A stretch of DNA of 64,000 nucleotides. Source: Felis catus. Lineage: Eukaryota. Positions 24,601 through 39,285 of the stretch are shown piece after piece (position 1 is the first letter of the stretch; every line of letters starts with the position of its first letter). The stretch is taken from contig NC_058368.1 of NCBI RefSeq assembly GCF_018350175.1, positions 189,784,001-189,848,000 of the forward strand. Reading direction: 5' to 3'. A program made the translations under genes and the position numbers. The notes under the pieces were generated by a model. It worked only from the letters and a program-made list of their open reading frames with translations, was not told the origin of the DNA and searched no databases.

Positions 24601-27600
24601 TCTCTGAGGGAAAAGGCTCCCAAAGATGACTCCAAACACCCAGCACCTGCATGCAGTCTGCCTGGCCTTACCATGTACCCTGCAGATCATGTTTCACCCT
24701 GAGAAATCGTGAAGCCGCCTGAATGTTGCTCCTTCTCAAATACATGAAAACTAATAATTTTATTGTTAAAAAGCATCTCTAATCTGGAAGAAGAAGAATT
24801 TTATCACCCCTTGGGACTTAATAAAGCTAATCTCATTTTGAGTATCTCATATACGTGTTTCATTGATCCTTGTGAAAAATGTTACCCCTGCATCGGGAGG
24901 GCCAGAAAAACAGCAGTAAGTGTGAGAGTTAGGGACTGTGAGAAGAGCCAATTCCTCTCTTTTCTTGAGCTCTTTGTGCTGTTTCTGTTCATTCAGTGAT
25001 GTGTTATAAAATGTAAAATAAGTAAAACATGCAAGAAAAAAGGAAAGACGTTATTAAATGAGGATTGAGAACTTAAAGCTAAAAATAGAGAACTTTGAAG
25101 AGGTTGGAATAAAGTTTAAAAGTTTTTAAAAACTCAGTGGAAAAAAAGGGCCCAAAAGTAATACTGATGAGACTTAAAATAAACAAGATAGGAAACTGAA
25201 ATCAACAGTAAAGATCAATCAAGGTTTTTTTTTTAATAGGTTAAAAATAAGTGAGATGTAAAGCAAGATAAAAGGCCTAAAACCAGCCGTCAGATAAGAA
25301 TTTAAAAACATAAAAGGTTAAAAGGAAAAGCTATCCATTAAAAAAGAATATGAAATAACAGATACTAAAAACAAGAGTGGTAAGATGAAAGGTATAGACA
25401 TTTTTGTGAGTCTAATATTAAGGGAAGTTTTAAAAAATAGTGTAAAAACCCCAACGTGGGTTTTTTGGAACACTTAGAAAATGCTCCAGGGAGAAGGAAT
25501 GTTATCACCAAAATTTTGGGCATGTTTAATATGATCCCCTCTTTGAGATTCTCAAAGCATGTTAGAATATAGTCTGTGAGAAGTGCTGTAGTAATAAAAT
25601 TGCCTTAGTTTTACATAACATCTCCAAAATCTTACCATGTTTCACAAAATACTAGAGTACTGTTTTAGAAGAAAGTAAAAATGGAAATCTTAAAAATTAC
25701 AGAGATAGAGGATGAAGAAAAAATCAGCTGGAAGTAGAAAATAGAATTGGGTTGGGGCTAGCATTCCTACGGAATAGTCTCCAACACTGTTTTGCAGCTA
25801 GCCAAGAGAAGAAGGCAACTTGACACCCTTACCTCTGGTCCTTTATCCAAAGCGGGTCTTCAGAAAGCTTTTATCTGTGCAGATAGGGCACTGATATAAC
25901 ATAAAGAGGCTGCTGAGCCAAGAGAGTGGAAACTGATCCTCAGCAGAATTAAATCAGCTCAGCCATGGGACACTGCCCTAACAAGTGAAGAGAAGTTTTA
26001 TACACAAGTGCTGTTTTTCTTTTCTTTAAAAGTGATCAATTTTTTTTCATCGTATAAATAAAATTGTAAACTAATGTGTCCCCGTCCACATACAGTTTTT
26101 CACGTTTTTTTTTTCCTTCTAGATTTTGTCCACATGTACATGTGTTTTTATATAGTTGATAGTAGTTACTGTTCATCAGATTTGTGTTGTGGGAGCTGTT
26201 TTTCTATGGCAGTGAAAGGAAACGAATTTTCTAGTGTGTAGCCTCTGCCTGTTTGATTGCTATATTGTCCCATGTACCATTGCTGCCACGTTTTAGAAAC
26301 AACTTATCTTACTTTCCTGAACCACATAACAAATACCTTCTTTTGCCAGCCATAGAACATCCCTTCCCCAAATCTTAATTGGCACCAGAAAATTTCTCTG
26401 GAAAAAAAATAACTCTTTAGCATCATGGGACTAGCCAGTGGTTGGGACAGCTTTTTTTAAGCTTGTCACCTGCTACCCAGCTCATGGTAGCAGCAGCACC
26501 TATGCTAGAGGGAGAGTAGAAGGGTTTCTACATAAACCATCAAGATCCATGAACATCCAGACATTTCTTCGTTTAATGATTTGTGCTCTTGCAAAGGAAG
26601 CAGGATATAGAAACCAGGTATTGTGGCCCTTCTAAAATGCTTTCTTCAGACAGCCACCTCATGGAATGAATTATATGACCTTATTTTGGGCATTTTGAAA
26701 GCTCAGAATTCTGCAGTTTCTGATAATGCTAGATAATTTCCCTTCTTATAATAGTTTAAAAGTCTTTGTTTTTGCTTTAATTTTGCTTTGGGATGTGCAA
26801 CTCCATCAGTAGATGTGAATGAGTTTAGTGAATCCAAAAAAAGGGACTTTTTATTTATTTGATCAGATGATGTCAGGTTACCACTAAAAAAGAAATTGCT
26901 ACTTTATGTAAAATAAAACTGTAGCTCAAGATTAGTAAGAATAAACTTCAAAATAAAAACTCTGTTAAGCATAAAATAGTTGTTCTCTGCCAGGGCTTGC
27001 ATTAATAGTATTACTACTGTAATATTATATTATTAGTATTATTAGTGTTACTAATTTCTTAGTAATACTCATTTCCAGGTCTTTGGCCACTTCTTAATAA
27101 TAATTGTTTTTGCCTTGCCTATATACTTAACATTTTCAAGATCTTCATTTCAGTATCTATGCTTTGGGTCAGATAGGCTGCTAGTTACCATGACTGTAAA
27201 GTTCTGCAACAATGAATGAGATGTAAGTAATAAGAATTAGTTTACTCTAAGGGACCATATAAAGAATATCTTCAAACTAAAAATAAATATTGGCAGAAAA
27301 ATGACCATGTGTGCTAAATGGTACCCTTAACCATTTTATTTAATCTCTGTTATACATAGGAACTGTCTTTCAGATGAGGAAACTTGAGACATAGAGTGGT
27401 TGATTTGTCCAGGAGTCCGTGACAAAATTCAGGCCATATTAATCTCTAATTATTGGTCAATTAATGTACATATTACTTTGCTTTCCTACAAAATAGCCAT
27501 AAAAGATGAAGCAGATTATGAAAATACATAAATTTGCAGTATTTTCCTTTAGGGTGGGCTTGTGTTTGGAACAGTTCCTAGAGCCCAGGCCCATTTTAAA

Positions 27601-28702
27601 TGTTTGGAAATGGGTTGCTATCAAACAGGTTATTTTATTTCATATTGCTAACCACTGAAGTTGTAAGGAAGGGGAAATAATTTTATAGTTTCTTCCTCCC
27701 ACAGGTCATAATTTAGTTGTGGACATCAGGATGTTTTTCTTGGCTTATCTCATTCATGTAATTTTTTTTGCACATCTGTTACATAAATTACTAAAACTCT
27801 TTCCTTGAAAAATTGCCAGTTTAAGTCACACTTAATAGTGATCAAGAGGTCGGTAACTTTTGGAAAAAAGAATTCAATGACAGACTTCGAGGGGCAGAAA
27901 TCCAACTACCATCCTTGTTTAAGTATTTTTTGTTTTGGATCAATTCCTTAATTTTTTGAGTCGTTGGAATAATTATGTGTGGCTTCTAATCTTTCCCTGA
28001 AGACTTTATGTTGGACTATAAACATTTAACATATAAACTTCTATATAGAAAAGTATTTTAGTCATTGCTTCCATAAGTTTGTATCTTTTAGTGATCAATT
28101 TATATATACATTCTAATCTGGCACATAGTTTGGCATGAGAAACTAAACTTGGAGTATTGACTTCTTTAAGGCTTACCGATTTTATGTAACCTTTCCTAAC
28201 CCTGAATTCTACATAAACCGCAAAATAATGATTTTCTGTGGGGTTTTTTTTTGTTTTTTGGAAAAAAGTTCATAAGACATTACTTCTGCTAGTTGCATTT
28301 TAGAACAGCTTTATTATACTTAAGTGATAAACATATCAGTTGTTAGAAATCTCAGATATTTTAGATGTAAGTTGTTAGTTTGGGCTCATGTAAACTGATA
28401 TTGAGTCAGTACTGGAAATTTTCCTGGAATGTTAGGTAAACTCTTCCTTAAGCAAGGGACCAACTATTTATTTAACGCACAACTTGAAATTATATGGATT
28501 TGGAATGCTAGGTTTTAAGCTTGAAATCTTTAGATAATGATATCATTTGGAGTACTAATAATCTGTAATGGGTATATTTAGAGATTAGAAAATATGTGAT
28601 AAATCGGTTAATGTCAGTTACTGATAAAAGTTCTTAAATATTTTTTTGTATTACATTTCCTACTGTGTAACCATCCTCCTTTCTAAAATGTAGTAGATTT
28701 TT

Positions 28703-28904
28703 GGGGCGCCTGGGTGGCTCAGTCGGTTAAGCGTCCGACTTCGGCTCAGGTCACAATCTCACAGTTCGTGGGTTCGAGCCCCGCGTCGGGCTCTGTGTGG
28801 ACAGCTCAGAGCCTGGAGCCTGTTTCAGATTCTGTGTCTCCCTCTCTCTCACCCTCCCCCCATTCATGCTCTGTCTCTCTCTGTCTCAAAAATAAATGTT
28901 AAAA

Positions 28905-28965
<61 letters not shown>
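28703..28965 (+). mobile_element. CanSINE with (AAAT)n tail
   Basis: CpG-rich body; about 16 AAAT units; perfect TSD AAAATGTAGTAGATTTTT (28685-28702 / 28966-28983). Confidence 0.97.
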
Positions 28966-28967
<2 letters not shown>

Positions 28968-29535
28968 AATGTAGTAGATTTTTGTTCAGTTTTGACTTTG
29001 TAAAACAGATCTAGATTTGTTAACAGGAAATAATGTACAATTTTATTATGATCCAAATCTGATTTGCAGCTGTGGGGACAAGTCACTTAGCCAAGCCTTT
29101 CATTGGCATCCACTGGGCAGCTCCGCTTCGTTATGTTACAGCTCTGGGGCTGTTGTAACTTAATTTCTTTGTGAACAACAAATCAAGAAAGCCAACCTCC
29201 AGTACTGGTAGTGAATGTGACAGAGCCTGAGAAAATTATTATTAACAGAAAATAGTAGCTTTACAAAGGGTATTTAGAGAAGAACACATTGGGTTTGGTA
29301 GTACCTTGGATTAATGACACAATCAAATCATACAGAATCACTAAAAAAAAAAAATAAAATTATGAAAAGTGTTCTGCCATGCATAAGTTTCCTACCTAAG
29401 AAAGAAAACTTGATGACTCTAACTATTTTTACCATGTGTTGGGGAAGTATAATAAGTACAGGATACTTTAAAGTCTTGATCAAATCTGGGAGATTGTCAG
29501 GAGTCTGTACAACCATTTTTGTCTTTGTAATTTTT

Positions 29536-29740
29536 CAACATTTATTTATTTTTTTTGGGACAGAGAGAGACAGAGCATGAACGGGGGAAGGGCAGAGAGA
29601 GAGGGAGACACAGAATCGGAAACAGGCTCCAGGCTCTGAGCCAACAGCCCAGAGCCTGACGCGGGGCTCGAACTACGGACCGCGAGATCGTGACCTGGCT
29701 GAAGTCGGACGCTTAACCGACTGCGCCACCCAGGCGCCCC
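29536..29740 (-). mobile_element. Young CanSINE
   Basis: CpGs retained; perfect TSD TGTCTTTGTAATTTTT (29520-29535 / 29741-29756). Confidence 0.97.
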
Positions 29741-31634
29741 TGTCTTTGTAATTTTTAAGATAAAGGTTTTCTGTTAATCGTTCATGAATGTTAGAGGTTT
29801 GTTCTTAGTCATTTCTACGTGCAGAATATGTTCAGTGTTTAATTTGTTCCCCATTGTCCTCTGCAAAAAAACTGAAAATATACTTTTTATATCTTTTTAT
29901 TTTTCTACTATATCTGTAAATAGTACAAACACAGCCTAAAGTTTTGAGTTAAGATTACAAGAATACCGAGCCATATTAATCAACAATGTTCAGTAATAGG
30001 AAAACATCAGGGGTGGTTAAATTTTGGACTCCCAATTCTCCATCCCCATGGACTAAACTATTACTGGAATTGAAGGCCAGCATCAATCAGAATGGATCAA
30101 AGAATTTGTTAGTAGTATGGTGGAAGAATAGCTTTTGCCTTAGAAAAGACTAGATACACCTTAATTTTCTTACATCTTAAAACAATTAGAATTTCAGTTA
30201 GAGTTACATCAGCTAGAGGTGCTTTTCTCTTGTCATATGTGGGGAATGAACAACTGAAGTGGTGTTTTTGAACGTTAATACATTTTCTGTGGTTTTCATG
30301 TCGTAAGCAGGCAGCTTGTGTTTGGACTTCAGCAGTTTTTCTGTCTGTACTGTTTTTAAAATGTTTTAGGTATCCAGTTATAGTATCTAACTTGATCTTT
30401 GAGTATCCAGAATATTCTAAAAGTAGAAGCTTTAAAAAGAACTATGGGAGTCCCCTCCTCCCTCAGTAAAACCTGGCAGTAAACTGTTCTTTAATATTTA
30501 TTTGGTGTTAATTTTTTTTTACTGTGATAGCTAAAGCATGAAGTATAGTATTTCAGTGCAAATTCTTGATGGTTATTTTAAAAAGCAGAAAGTCTCATGT
30601 TTCAGCATTTAGTATTTTAATGTTCCCTCTTGAAAAGTAAAGAGGAAAACAGAAGGTACATAATCCAGCATAGTCCTCTGTGTAAATAGGTGAAGTCATA
30701 AATAATATGCACATGAGCATCCCACATATTTATGATATAAATAGATTGAAATAGGGTGTATGTTTTTTAAATAACCAGGTTATTCTTCTGAAGTCTTGTT
30801 ACTACAGAAGAATGGATAAGAGAGCCTGAGATTTTAGAGGTCTTCAATTGCAGTTTTTCCCTATTCAAAATGTTTTTTTTTTTACCTTGCTTTTAAGAGT
30901 ATTTGTGTTTAAGAGGGAGAGGAATACATTGGTTTCCTCCTTTCCACTTGGATAGTTCATTATTTAATATTTAGTAAAACCAAAGAAAATATAATTTCCA
31001 TAACTGGGAATATATTTCTTTAAAGATTAATTCAGCATTTCTTTTAGTAGCACAGTTTGTGATGTCATCTTAATTTATTAACTAACAAGCTTTTTCTTTT
31101 AGGTCGGATGGTATTACTAATTCTCTGATTTTAGGGCATTGTGGTATAATATGGGCTTTAGAATTAGAAAACCCAGCAGTTTAAACATCAGCTGCTTACT
31201 AGTCTTGTGATGAAACAAGTGAGCTTATTTAATTTCTCTACCAAGGAGTTGCTATTAAATATTATTATATTTCTATTAAATATTGCTATAATACTGTTAT
31301 TATATTGCTATTAAATATATTATATTAAATATACTTTTCCTCTCTACTCACTCATTTTCTTTCTGTTTGGTAGAAGGGGCCACTGCTGCTAATGACAGCA
31401 TGGCAGCACTAGAGAGAAAGTGGCCAGCAGTAGGTTTGTTGTATTTGTTTTTTTCTCTACTTTCCAATATTTATTATATTAGTTTTCTTCTGGTGTGGAG
31501 GAAACACCGTAATTTATTCCTTATATTAGCACTGTAGGTATTTTATAACTAAGATACTTTATAATCAAATATAATAATATTTGCTTTAGCAATATTAATT
31601 CTACTGAACCAGTCCTTTTGTTAAGACATTTTTC

Positions 31635-31865
31635 GGGACACCTGGGTGGCTCAGTCATTTAAGCGTCTGACTTCGGCTCAGGTCATGATCTCACAGTTCA
31701 TCAATTCGAGCCCCATATTGGGCTCTGTGCTAACAGCTCAGAGCCTGGAGCCTACAGCCTGCTTCTGAGTCTGTGTCGCCCTCCCTGTCTCTCTGCCCTT
31801 CTCCTGCTCACGCTATGTCTCTCTCCCTCTCTCAAAAATAAATAAATCTTAAAAAAATTTTTAAA
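31635..31865 (+). mobile_element. CanSINE
   Basis: SINE body; TSD AAGACATTTTTC (31623-31634 / 31866-31877). Confidence 0.95.
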
Positions 31866-32548
31866 AAGACATTTTTCATTGCTTTGTATTTTACTTTCAG
31901 GTCAAGAAAATACTTTTTTTCCCCATGGGTAGCAAATATCCAGCCAAGTAGATGAATCAGTTTTTCCACCTCCCCACACCATTTCTGTACAGCCTCAGAT
32001 TTTCTGCTGACAATGAAAGTTATGTATTTGTTGAATTTAGAAGTGGTAGACTTCTTGGTTGTTGATCATAAATATGATTCTGTTCACAGGATTGTAATTA
32101 CCATGTACTTGGTTTTAGAATGAGTATTGAACCTATAAAATGTTTAGCTTGCAAATAAGGGTAATGTGGTAAAGGTGGTCCCCTGATGAAAACTGAATAT
32201 CAAATGGTCTATATCACACTTTTAGAGCAAGTATTCTTAAAACTATTTTCCTAATGTTTTGGCCAGAAGCTTAAAAAAAAAAAAAAAAAAGGAACAAGTA
32301 TTAAAAGAAGGAATTTGTTACCTGAGAAAACTTTCTTTTTCAGTGTTTATTTTATGGGTGTTTTATTATTTTTAAAAAGTTATTTAAAGATTGATACTTT
32401 ATTAATGGGAGCATAATAGTTTTACCTGTGTCATAAAAGTATCTTCTGAAATCTTTGTGGCATTGAGATTAAGAGGTGAGTTTTTAGTGTAAGTTTTAAT
32501 GTTCAAGAATTATTCTTTCCTAAAAGAGTTTCTTAAAAACATGTTAAA

Positions 32549-32763
32549 TTTTTTTTTTTCCTTTTATTTATTTTTGAGACGGAGAGAGACAGGGCATGAA
32601 TGGGGGAGGGTCAGAGAGAGAGAAGGAGGCACAGAATCTGAAGCAGGCTCCAGACTCTGAGCTGTCAGCACAGAGCCCGACGCGGGGCTCGAACTCACGA
32701 ACTGCAAGATCATGACCTGAGCCGAAGTCGGACGCTTAACCGACTGAGCCACCCAGGCACCCC
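32549..32763 (-). mobile_element. CanSINE
   Basis: SINE body; TSD AAAAACATGTTAA. Confidence 0.96.
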
Positions 32764-34180
32764 AAAAACATGTTAATTTTAACATTAGGTACTTAAATTG
32801 ATCCCTGTAGTTTTACACATATAGCACTTGGTATACATATTTTAGTATGTATACATATACATTAGTTACTAGTTTGCTGCACTTATTAGCCTGATAAAAA
32901 GATGTTGGAAGTACAAATAATACATATGTGGGCTACCATGATGCTTATTTGCTGATGAAAGTTAAAAGGTTGCTAATGATGATACTGTACTTGATTTCTA
33001 TTTTTAATGGCATTTAAAAATTTTTCCTTGGTTAAAGTTCATGGGAGGAAATTTGGAAAATACAGGAAAGTATAAAGAAAGAAATACTGTTATTTAAAAC
33101 CATTACTTTGAATGTTGTGTCTCTGTCTCTTGCTGCCTGTTTTCCTGTTAGTGAGACTCTCTCTAAGTGTGGATGTATGTGTGCATGCATAGAATAAAAT
33201 ACAAATTTAAAGGTCTAAGAGAAAATATTGCTAAATATTTTCCTGATCTCAGAGTGAATGAAGGCTTTATATAGTAAGTTTAAAACAAAAAGGAGAAAAC
33301 ATGAAAAATATGACTTTTTTTTAAAGGAGGTAAAATTAAAAGGACAAGCTGGGAAAAAATACTTTCTACTGCATCAGTCTGTTTCAGTTTCCTTATTCCT
33401 TTGCTGGTAGTTAGAACTGAATTGTACCTAAGCTTTACCTTTTCTCTTGGTATATAGTTTTGTTTTAACAAAGCATATTCCTGAACTTTTGACAGGAAAA
33501 TATATCCATAAGAACTATTCAAATGTTTTCTTGTCAGTTATTTTACTGATTATTCTTAATGCAGATTAGAAGAAGCATTGGCCATCTATAAGTAAAAGTC
33601 CCACGTTAGCTCACTTTCAACCAATCTTGCCTCTAAAACCTGTTCCCAAACTGTTACTAAGTAAAATAATTTGGTATTCTATCAGTAGTGAGCAGTGCAA
33701 TAAACAGAAAATGAGGAATAAAGAACAGAGCCAAATGAACACTAATAATTTACAAATTGAATAGTCAGCCCTTGAATAATTGAACATTGGCCATGTGAAT
33801 ACAGTCACAGAAGTATGTGTACAGAAGTTGAGGGCAGTAACTTTTAGTCTTTGGCATTAAAGATCCAATGAGTGAGTGGTGCTGGGTTGTCAAGGGTTAA
33901 GTACTCTCACTGGGTCTCCCTTAGTCCTGTCCTGCCTGTTAGGGTGTTGTGAGGGGCAAATGTGAAAGCATGAAAAGGACTGTAGATGCAGTGAAGTCTT
34001 ACTGATAACAAACAATAATGAGTGTGGTTCAATACTGCTTTAAGGTAAAATCTTCAGAACATGAGCAGATTCTTAATATTCTTCACTTTTTGGTTATTTC
34101 ATGGTAATTTCCTAGAATTTTACTTGCAGAACACATCCTAGACCTTTGTCTGAATTTGGTGCTTTAAAAAACTGTTGAGA

Positions 34181-34198
34181 GAGCCCCCTCTAGTGTCT
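34181..34198 (-). promoter_or_regulatory. Candidate CTCF site in intron 1
   Basis: Reverse complement AGACACTAGAGGGGGCTC resembles the CTCF core CCACTAGRGGGCGC. Confidence 0.5.
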
Positions 34199-36139
34199 GA
34201 ATTATCCATTCTTAAAACATTTTTGTCAATCATAGGAAGTTTTAAGAATTAAACTAGCTATTTTTTCCTTTCACATCTGGATGTAATTTCTTTTTAACTT
34301 TTTTTTTTTGGTGGGGGTTGGGAAGAGGTTATTTTCCTTTTTAAAAAAGGTCACTGGAATTATGGGTAGGGTGTGGATTGAGGGCAACTGAAAACATGGG
34401 AAAGGAAGGATCAAAATGCCATTTCTACCTTTTTAGAAATAGTTGTTTTTAAATGACCTGGAGTAAGGCCAAACTATACAGTAGTGTGTTGTTTTGTTTT
34501 AGTTTACATTTGTTTCTGAATTAGGTGCAGCTTAAAAATACTTTATTTTGGAATTCTTTATAGCCAGCGGATCTCATCTTCAGAGTTCTTTGCAGTTTCT
34601 GAAAGCAACAGTTTCACTGGAAAAATGGCTTTAAAATAGAGCCATTCTCTTCATGGAAGTGTTCTAACTTTATTATTTTTTGTTATTGTTGCCATATTTT
34701 GTGGATGTACTTTGTGTACTTTGTAACTATATTGTAAGTGTGTTTTAATGGTAAGTTGTCATTTTATATAGTTCCCATTGTTTTTCAACCAAGGAAATAA
34801 GGAGATTCTTAAATTATTGGCTGTCTGCCACCTCTTCCTGTAAACACACAGCACTCAAACACACAGGCCTTCAGCTAAGAATCTTGTGAAGGGTTAGAGA
34901 AACAGGACCTTTCTCATTTGACCCATGGGCTTTTGTAGCTTGAACAAGGAAAGTAGTGTTCTGAAAGCTACAGCATTTATGAAGGCTCTAGTAAAAATAT
35001 TTCATGTGCATGGACTAGAGATTAACTCCTTTCATCTTGTTCTCTTGAAATTAAACAATGCAAACAGATTTTAAGTGCATTCTTGCTAATGAAATGCTTG
35101 GGTGAATTATAATCCTAATTGCTATTGTTCATTCCCACAGCTGCATGTTGACACTTATAACTGCCTAAGCCACGCATTCTTCAGCCAGTAGGATAAACAA
35201 AAGCATTTTGAAATCCATCATTTTGTGGCATCTTAAATTGCAAATCTGTCATTGACTGCCTTGATTTTATTTTGTTTCCATTGTTGAAAAAAATTGGAAA
35301 AAATGTTACTCCTTTGTATCTATACATAAAATTATTGTCAAGAGGATCATTACTGGGTTTTTAGGAAAATTCATTCATTAATCGTCTCAGTTGGTAAAGG
35401 AGGCATTGGAAACTATGTCCCAGGGAAACAATTTATACTTATGTTGTCAAACTAGTTGATACTTTAGGAGGCAGCTTTCGCCAAGATTTGAAAGTGATAG
35501 GATTTCACTGTCCTTCCTTAGTAGAACAGTATTCTGAATGTAAATCTAGAAGCCAAATTTATTCTGTGATTTGGCAAGTTATATATGTGTAATGGTCCCT
35601 TTCAAATTTTACCCCAAACCATTTATTAGTCTTTTTTTTTAAGTAAAGAAAGAGAAAGGTTTGCAATGAATTTGAAATTTGTATTTCTTTATATTTGAGA
35701 AACAGATTTGAATACAAATTATATCCATACCTTCCTTCCTTTAAAAAATAGAACTTTCTGGTAACTGAAAAACCATACAGCAAGAGTGAGATGTATGGAA
35801 GTCATAGCTACCAAATTCTGATTTTTCTGTATTTCTAAGGCTTGATTTTAAGTGAAAGATTTGAATGATCGTATTCATAGGCATCTGTTACAATAATTGC
35901 TCAGTAATAATTGGAGTTTTAGATGTCAAATGGATACTACTATAGTTTGTCACTTTTTCACAGTATTTCTTTCTCAGAGTGTCATTGAATTCTTAAATCC
36001 ATATGAGTATGTAAATTCTATTTTAATAACCAAACATTTTGCTATCTTTTATCTTAAGGGACTCTTTTCAAAGTCCTTTCTTATAAAAATATTAAGTAAT
36101 ATTTTTATTACTCCTAATAGGTGTTTATTATCTTTCTTA

Positions 36140-36365
36140 ATAATAATGACAGCTGGCCTGTATTGAGCAATTTCTGTGTGTCAGGCACTATGCTACTAAT
36201 AGATTTCATTTGAGATGCCACCCTTTTAGGTAGTATTCTTTCTTACTCCCATTTTGCATTTGAGGAAACTAAAATTAAGATAATTAGAATAATTTTGCTA
36301 AAAGTCACAAAGTAACTGAAGTCAGATCTTTCTGATTCCTAGAACCCATGTTCTTCATCACTGTT
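36140..36365 (-). mobile_element. MIR
   Basis: tattgagc...tgtgtcaggcactatgcta...cccattttgcatttgaggaaacta...aagtcaca. Confidence 0.7.
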
Positions 36366-37002
36366 GAAGGCTTAAGTGAAAGTTAAATGTTATACAGACT
36401 CCTGATGGAATATTATGTAGCCATCAAGAGTGAGGGTTATGGTGACTAGTGACACGGAAAACCTATATGATGTAATAAGTGAAAAGAGACCAAGGGATTA
36501 CAGTTTAAATGTTCATAGTGATTGTAAACATTTTTAATGTTACCTTTGGCTTGTCATTGCTTCTTGAAAATGCAATATAAATAATGTGTAGCTCTTCTGT
36601 AATTTTGCTGATTAATTTACAGAAATTCTGTAAGGAAACAAGAGTGCATGTAAACTAGATCTGGTTAGGAAACAAATTAGTTTTATAATAGACTCTAGTG
36701 TGTTCAATTTCCTTTTTAATTTGACCCAAAGCCATTTTTTTGCTGGACTTAGGCCAGCTCTAATGTAATCAGTCTCTCATCTGTTTTCTGGAAGGCTAAT
36801 GGAATAGTAAAATTTTCTTAAATATAACTTAAATGTGCTGTATAGTACTCTCGAAGTAGCTTATGCACAAAAGATGTTTTCTTTCCCACCCTGTAGAGGT
36901 ATCTCATTAGGACACCCAGTAGTGTCATTATTAAGTTTTCATGTGTTTCTCAGTTTTGATGCTAATCTTTGTGTGTGTGCGTGCGTTTTTTTTCCTCTGC
37001 AG

Positions 37003-37107
37003 CACCAATGTGGTTATGAATTATTCAGAGATCGAGTCTAAGGTTCGAGAAGCAACGAATGACGATCCTTGGGGACCTTCTGGGCAACTCATGGGAGAGA
37101 TTGCCAA
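37003..37107 (+). CDS. CLINT1: CLINT1 coding exon 2 (TNVVMNYSEIESKVREATNDDPWGPSGQLMGEIA)
   Basis: Acceptor ttttcctctgcag|C; donor AA|GTAAGT; 105 nt; ENTH signature ATNDDPWGP. Confidence 0.98.
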
Positions 37108-37644
37108 GTAAGTGATAATTTGACTCAGCAGTGCAGAAAGAATCCAACTATCTTTACATAGAAATATGAAATTTGCTTTCAGTTTTAAACAGTTTAGCTG
37201 CCAGACAAATTCTGCATAATCATTCAGATATTAGTGGAGGAAGTTCTACACACAGTCCATTTCCCCTTAAAAATTAGCTCAAAAAAGTAAAACTATTTTT
37301 CAGTGAAGTTTAGAGACTTACGTAGCTTATCATAGAATTTTGACAAATGTGTATAAAATAACTTGAAATAAAGTTAGGAAAATTTTTTTTGATGAGCATC
37401 TCGACCAGTATGCTGGTAAATAAAGGGCTTGTAAAAGATGATATTAATTAGTGGGGCTTACACACGTGCTAGATATTACACAGACCATGAGAAAAATATT
37501 TTTATGGAAGCATATCTAAATGTTTTGAATTAAGCTTATATTTTTTAAGCTTTTTGGCAAAGCACAGTAACTTAGAACAAGCATGCCATCTACTGTCAAA
37601 ATTAATGTATTACAGAGTCTTGAGGAAAATTATTCTTTTTTCAG

Positions 37645-37741
37645 GGCTACATTTATGTATGAACAATTTCCCGAACTTATGAACATGCTTTGGTCACGAA
37701 TGTTAAAAGACAACAAAAAAAATTGGAGAAGAGTTTATAAG
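37645..37741 (+). CDS. CLINT1: CLINT1 coding exon 3 (ATFMYEQFPELMNMLWSRMLKDNKKNWRRVYK)
   Basis: Acceptor ttcttttttcag|G; donor AAG|GTATGG; 97 nt; ENTH motif KNWRRVYK. Confidence 0.98.
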
Positions 37742-39176
37742 GTATGGGCATCAGTTTTTATTATTTGACATGTTGGAAACAAATGCTTGAAATTTTAACG
37801 TATACATACATAAGTGGTTATGAAGAACATTAAATCCCAGAATAGAATATTCTTACACAGATGGAAGAAGTAGATTTGCTACTTGTGTTCTGTTTTCTCG
37901 TCACCATAAACAGCTATTCTGAATCTAAAATGTTTAAAATTAATATAAATAATACTTCTAAATATTTTAATATTATTAAAATTTTTCTTGCTTAAAATAT
38001 ATTTGTGCATGTCAAAGTAATGAATCTGCAGTTGGATGCATATTTAGTGTATGAGCGATTAAAACGAAAACCAGTCTATTATGTTTTCTCATCTCTACAT
38101 AAAAATTTGCTTAATTTATAATAGTATTAACACCGCCACACCAAAAATGTTACTTTAAAACATAGTTAGAGATTCTAAAACGTACTAAAATTCTAACATT
38201 TTAAATTCCCAAATATGTACTTTTTTACCAGATTCTTTTTATTTAGTTCTGATTTCATCATATAACGTAGAATTCTAAAACAAGGTAGTCCTGTTTTCCA
38301 AACCCACCGTATTTTTTTGCTATCGGAGTAAGTTTTTCTATGCTTTCAAAATGGCATATAATATTTATATTTGGAACTTTGAAAGCATCATTTTAGCTTT
38401 CAGGATTGAAGAGCAGTCCTGTATTTATTTCTGTGGTTTTGATGTTGTTTCTGAAAACATTCACTGTCAGTCCCTCAGCTTGTATAATATTTGTGATGAA
38501 ATAGTCAGTATTTCTTTATGTGAGGTTTGTTCCAAGCAAAGGTAAGTTCAAAATGCATTAATTCAGTGGTTTTTAGTATATTCACAAAGATGTACGTCAG
38601 TCACCACTACTTAATACCAGAATGTTTTCATCACCTCAAAAAGAAATCCCTTAAATGTTTTTTTTTTTTCTCTCCTATTTGTTGGCTGCAAGGTTTTGAA
38701 ACAAAAGTCACATCCTTCCAAATTTAATTTCATATGCAGAAAACACTATGGGATCATATAATTACCAAATAATTGCTCTGTTTAAACCGATGTTTCTAAC
38801 AATTTACAGTTCCATACTGCCCAAATGAAAAGTGAAAACCGAGCCAGCTTTCTAAAAGCTTAACGTTCTTTTGTATCATACATTCAGGTATTTTTTAACA
38901 TTAGAACTATTTTTTTTTAATCTTTTGACACATGGTGTCCAATGGACAGTTTATAATTACTTACTATGCTTGGTTATAAGAGGAATTTCAAATTGATAAT
39001 ATAAGTTATACTATGTATTTAAAGTCCAGTATAAGGTAAAGAGACTCTCTCTGCCTCTCCCCTACCCCCACAAAGATTATTTATTTGCTAATGTTGGAAT
39101 TATTTTTTTTAACCACTTACCAAAGCTCTACCAGAATTTATTTTGTTAAATCATTTGGTGCCTTGTATTTTTACAG

Positions 39177-39285
39177 TCATTGCTGCTTCTAGCTTACCTC
39201 ATAAGGAATGGATCAGAGCGTGTGGTTACGAGTGCCAGAGAACACATTTATGATTTGCGATCCCTGGAAAATTACCACTTTGTAG
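39177..39285 (+). CDS. CLINT1: CLINT1 coding exon 4 (SLLLLAYLIRNGSERVVTSAREHIYDLRSLENYHFV)
   Basis: Acceptor tatttttacag|T; donor TAG|GTGAGC; 109 nt; ENTH motif YLIRNGSERV. Confidence 0.98.
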
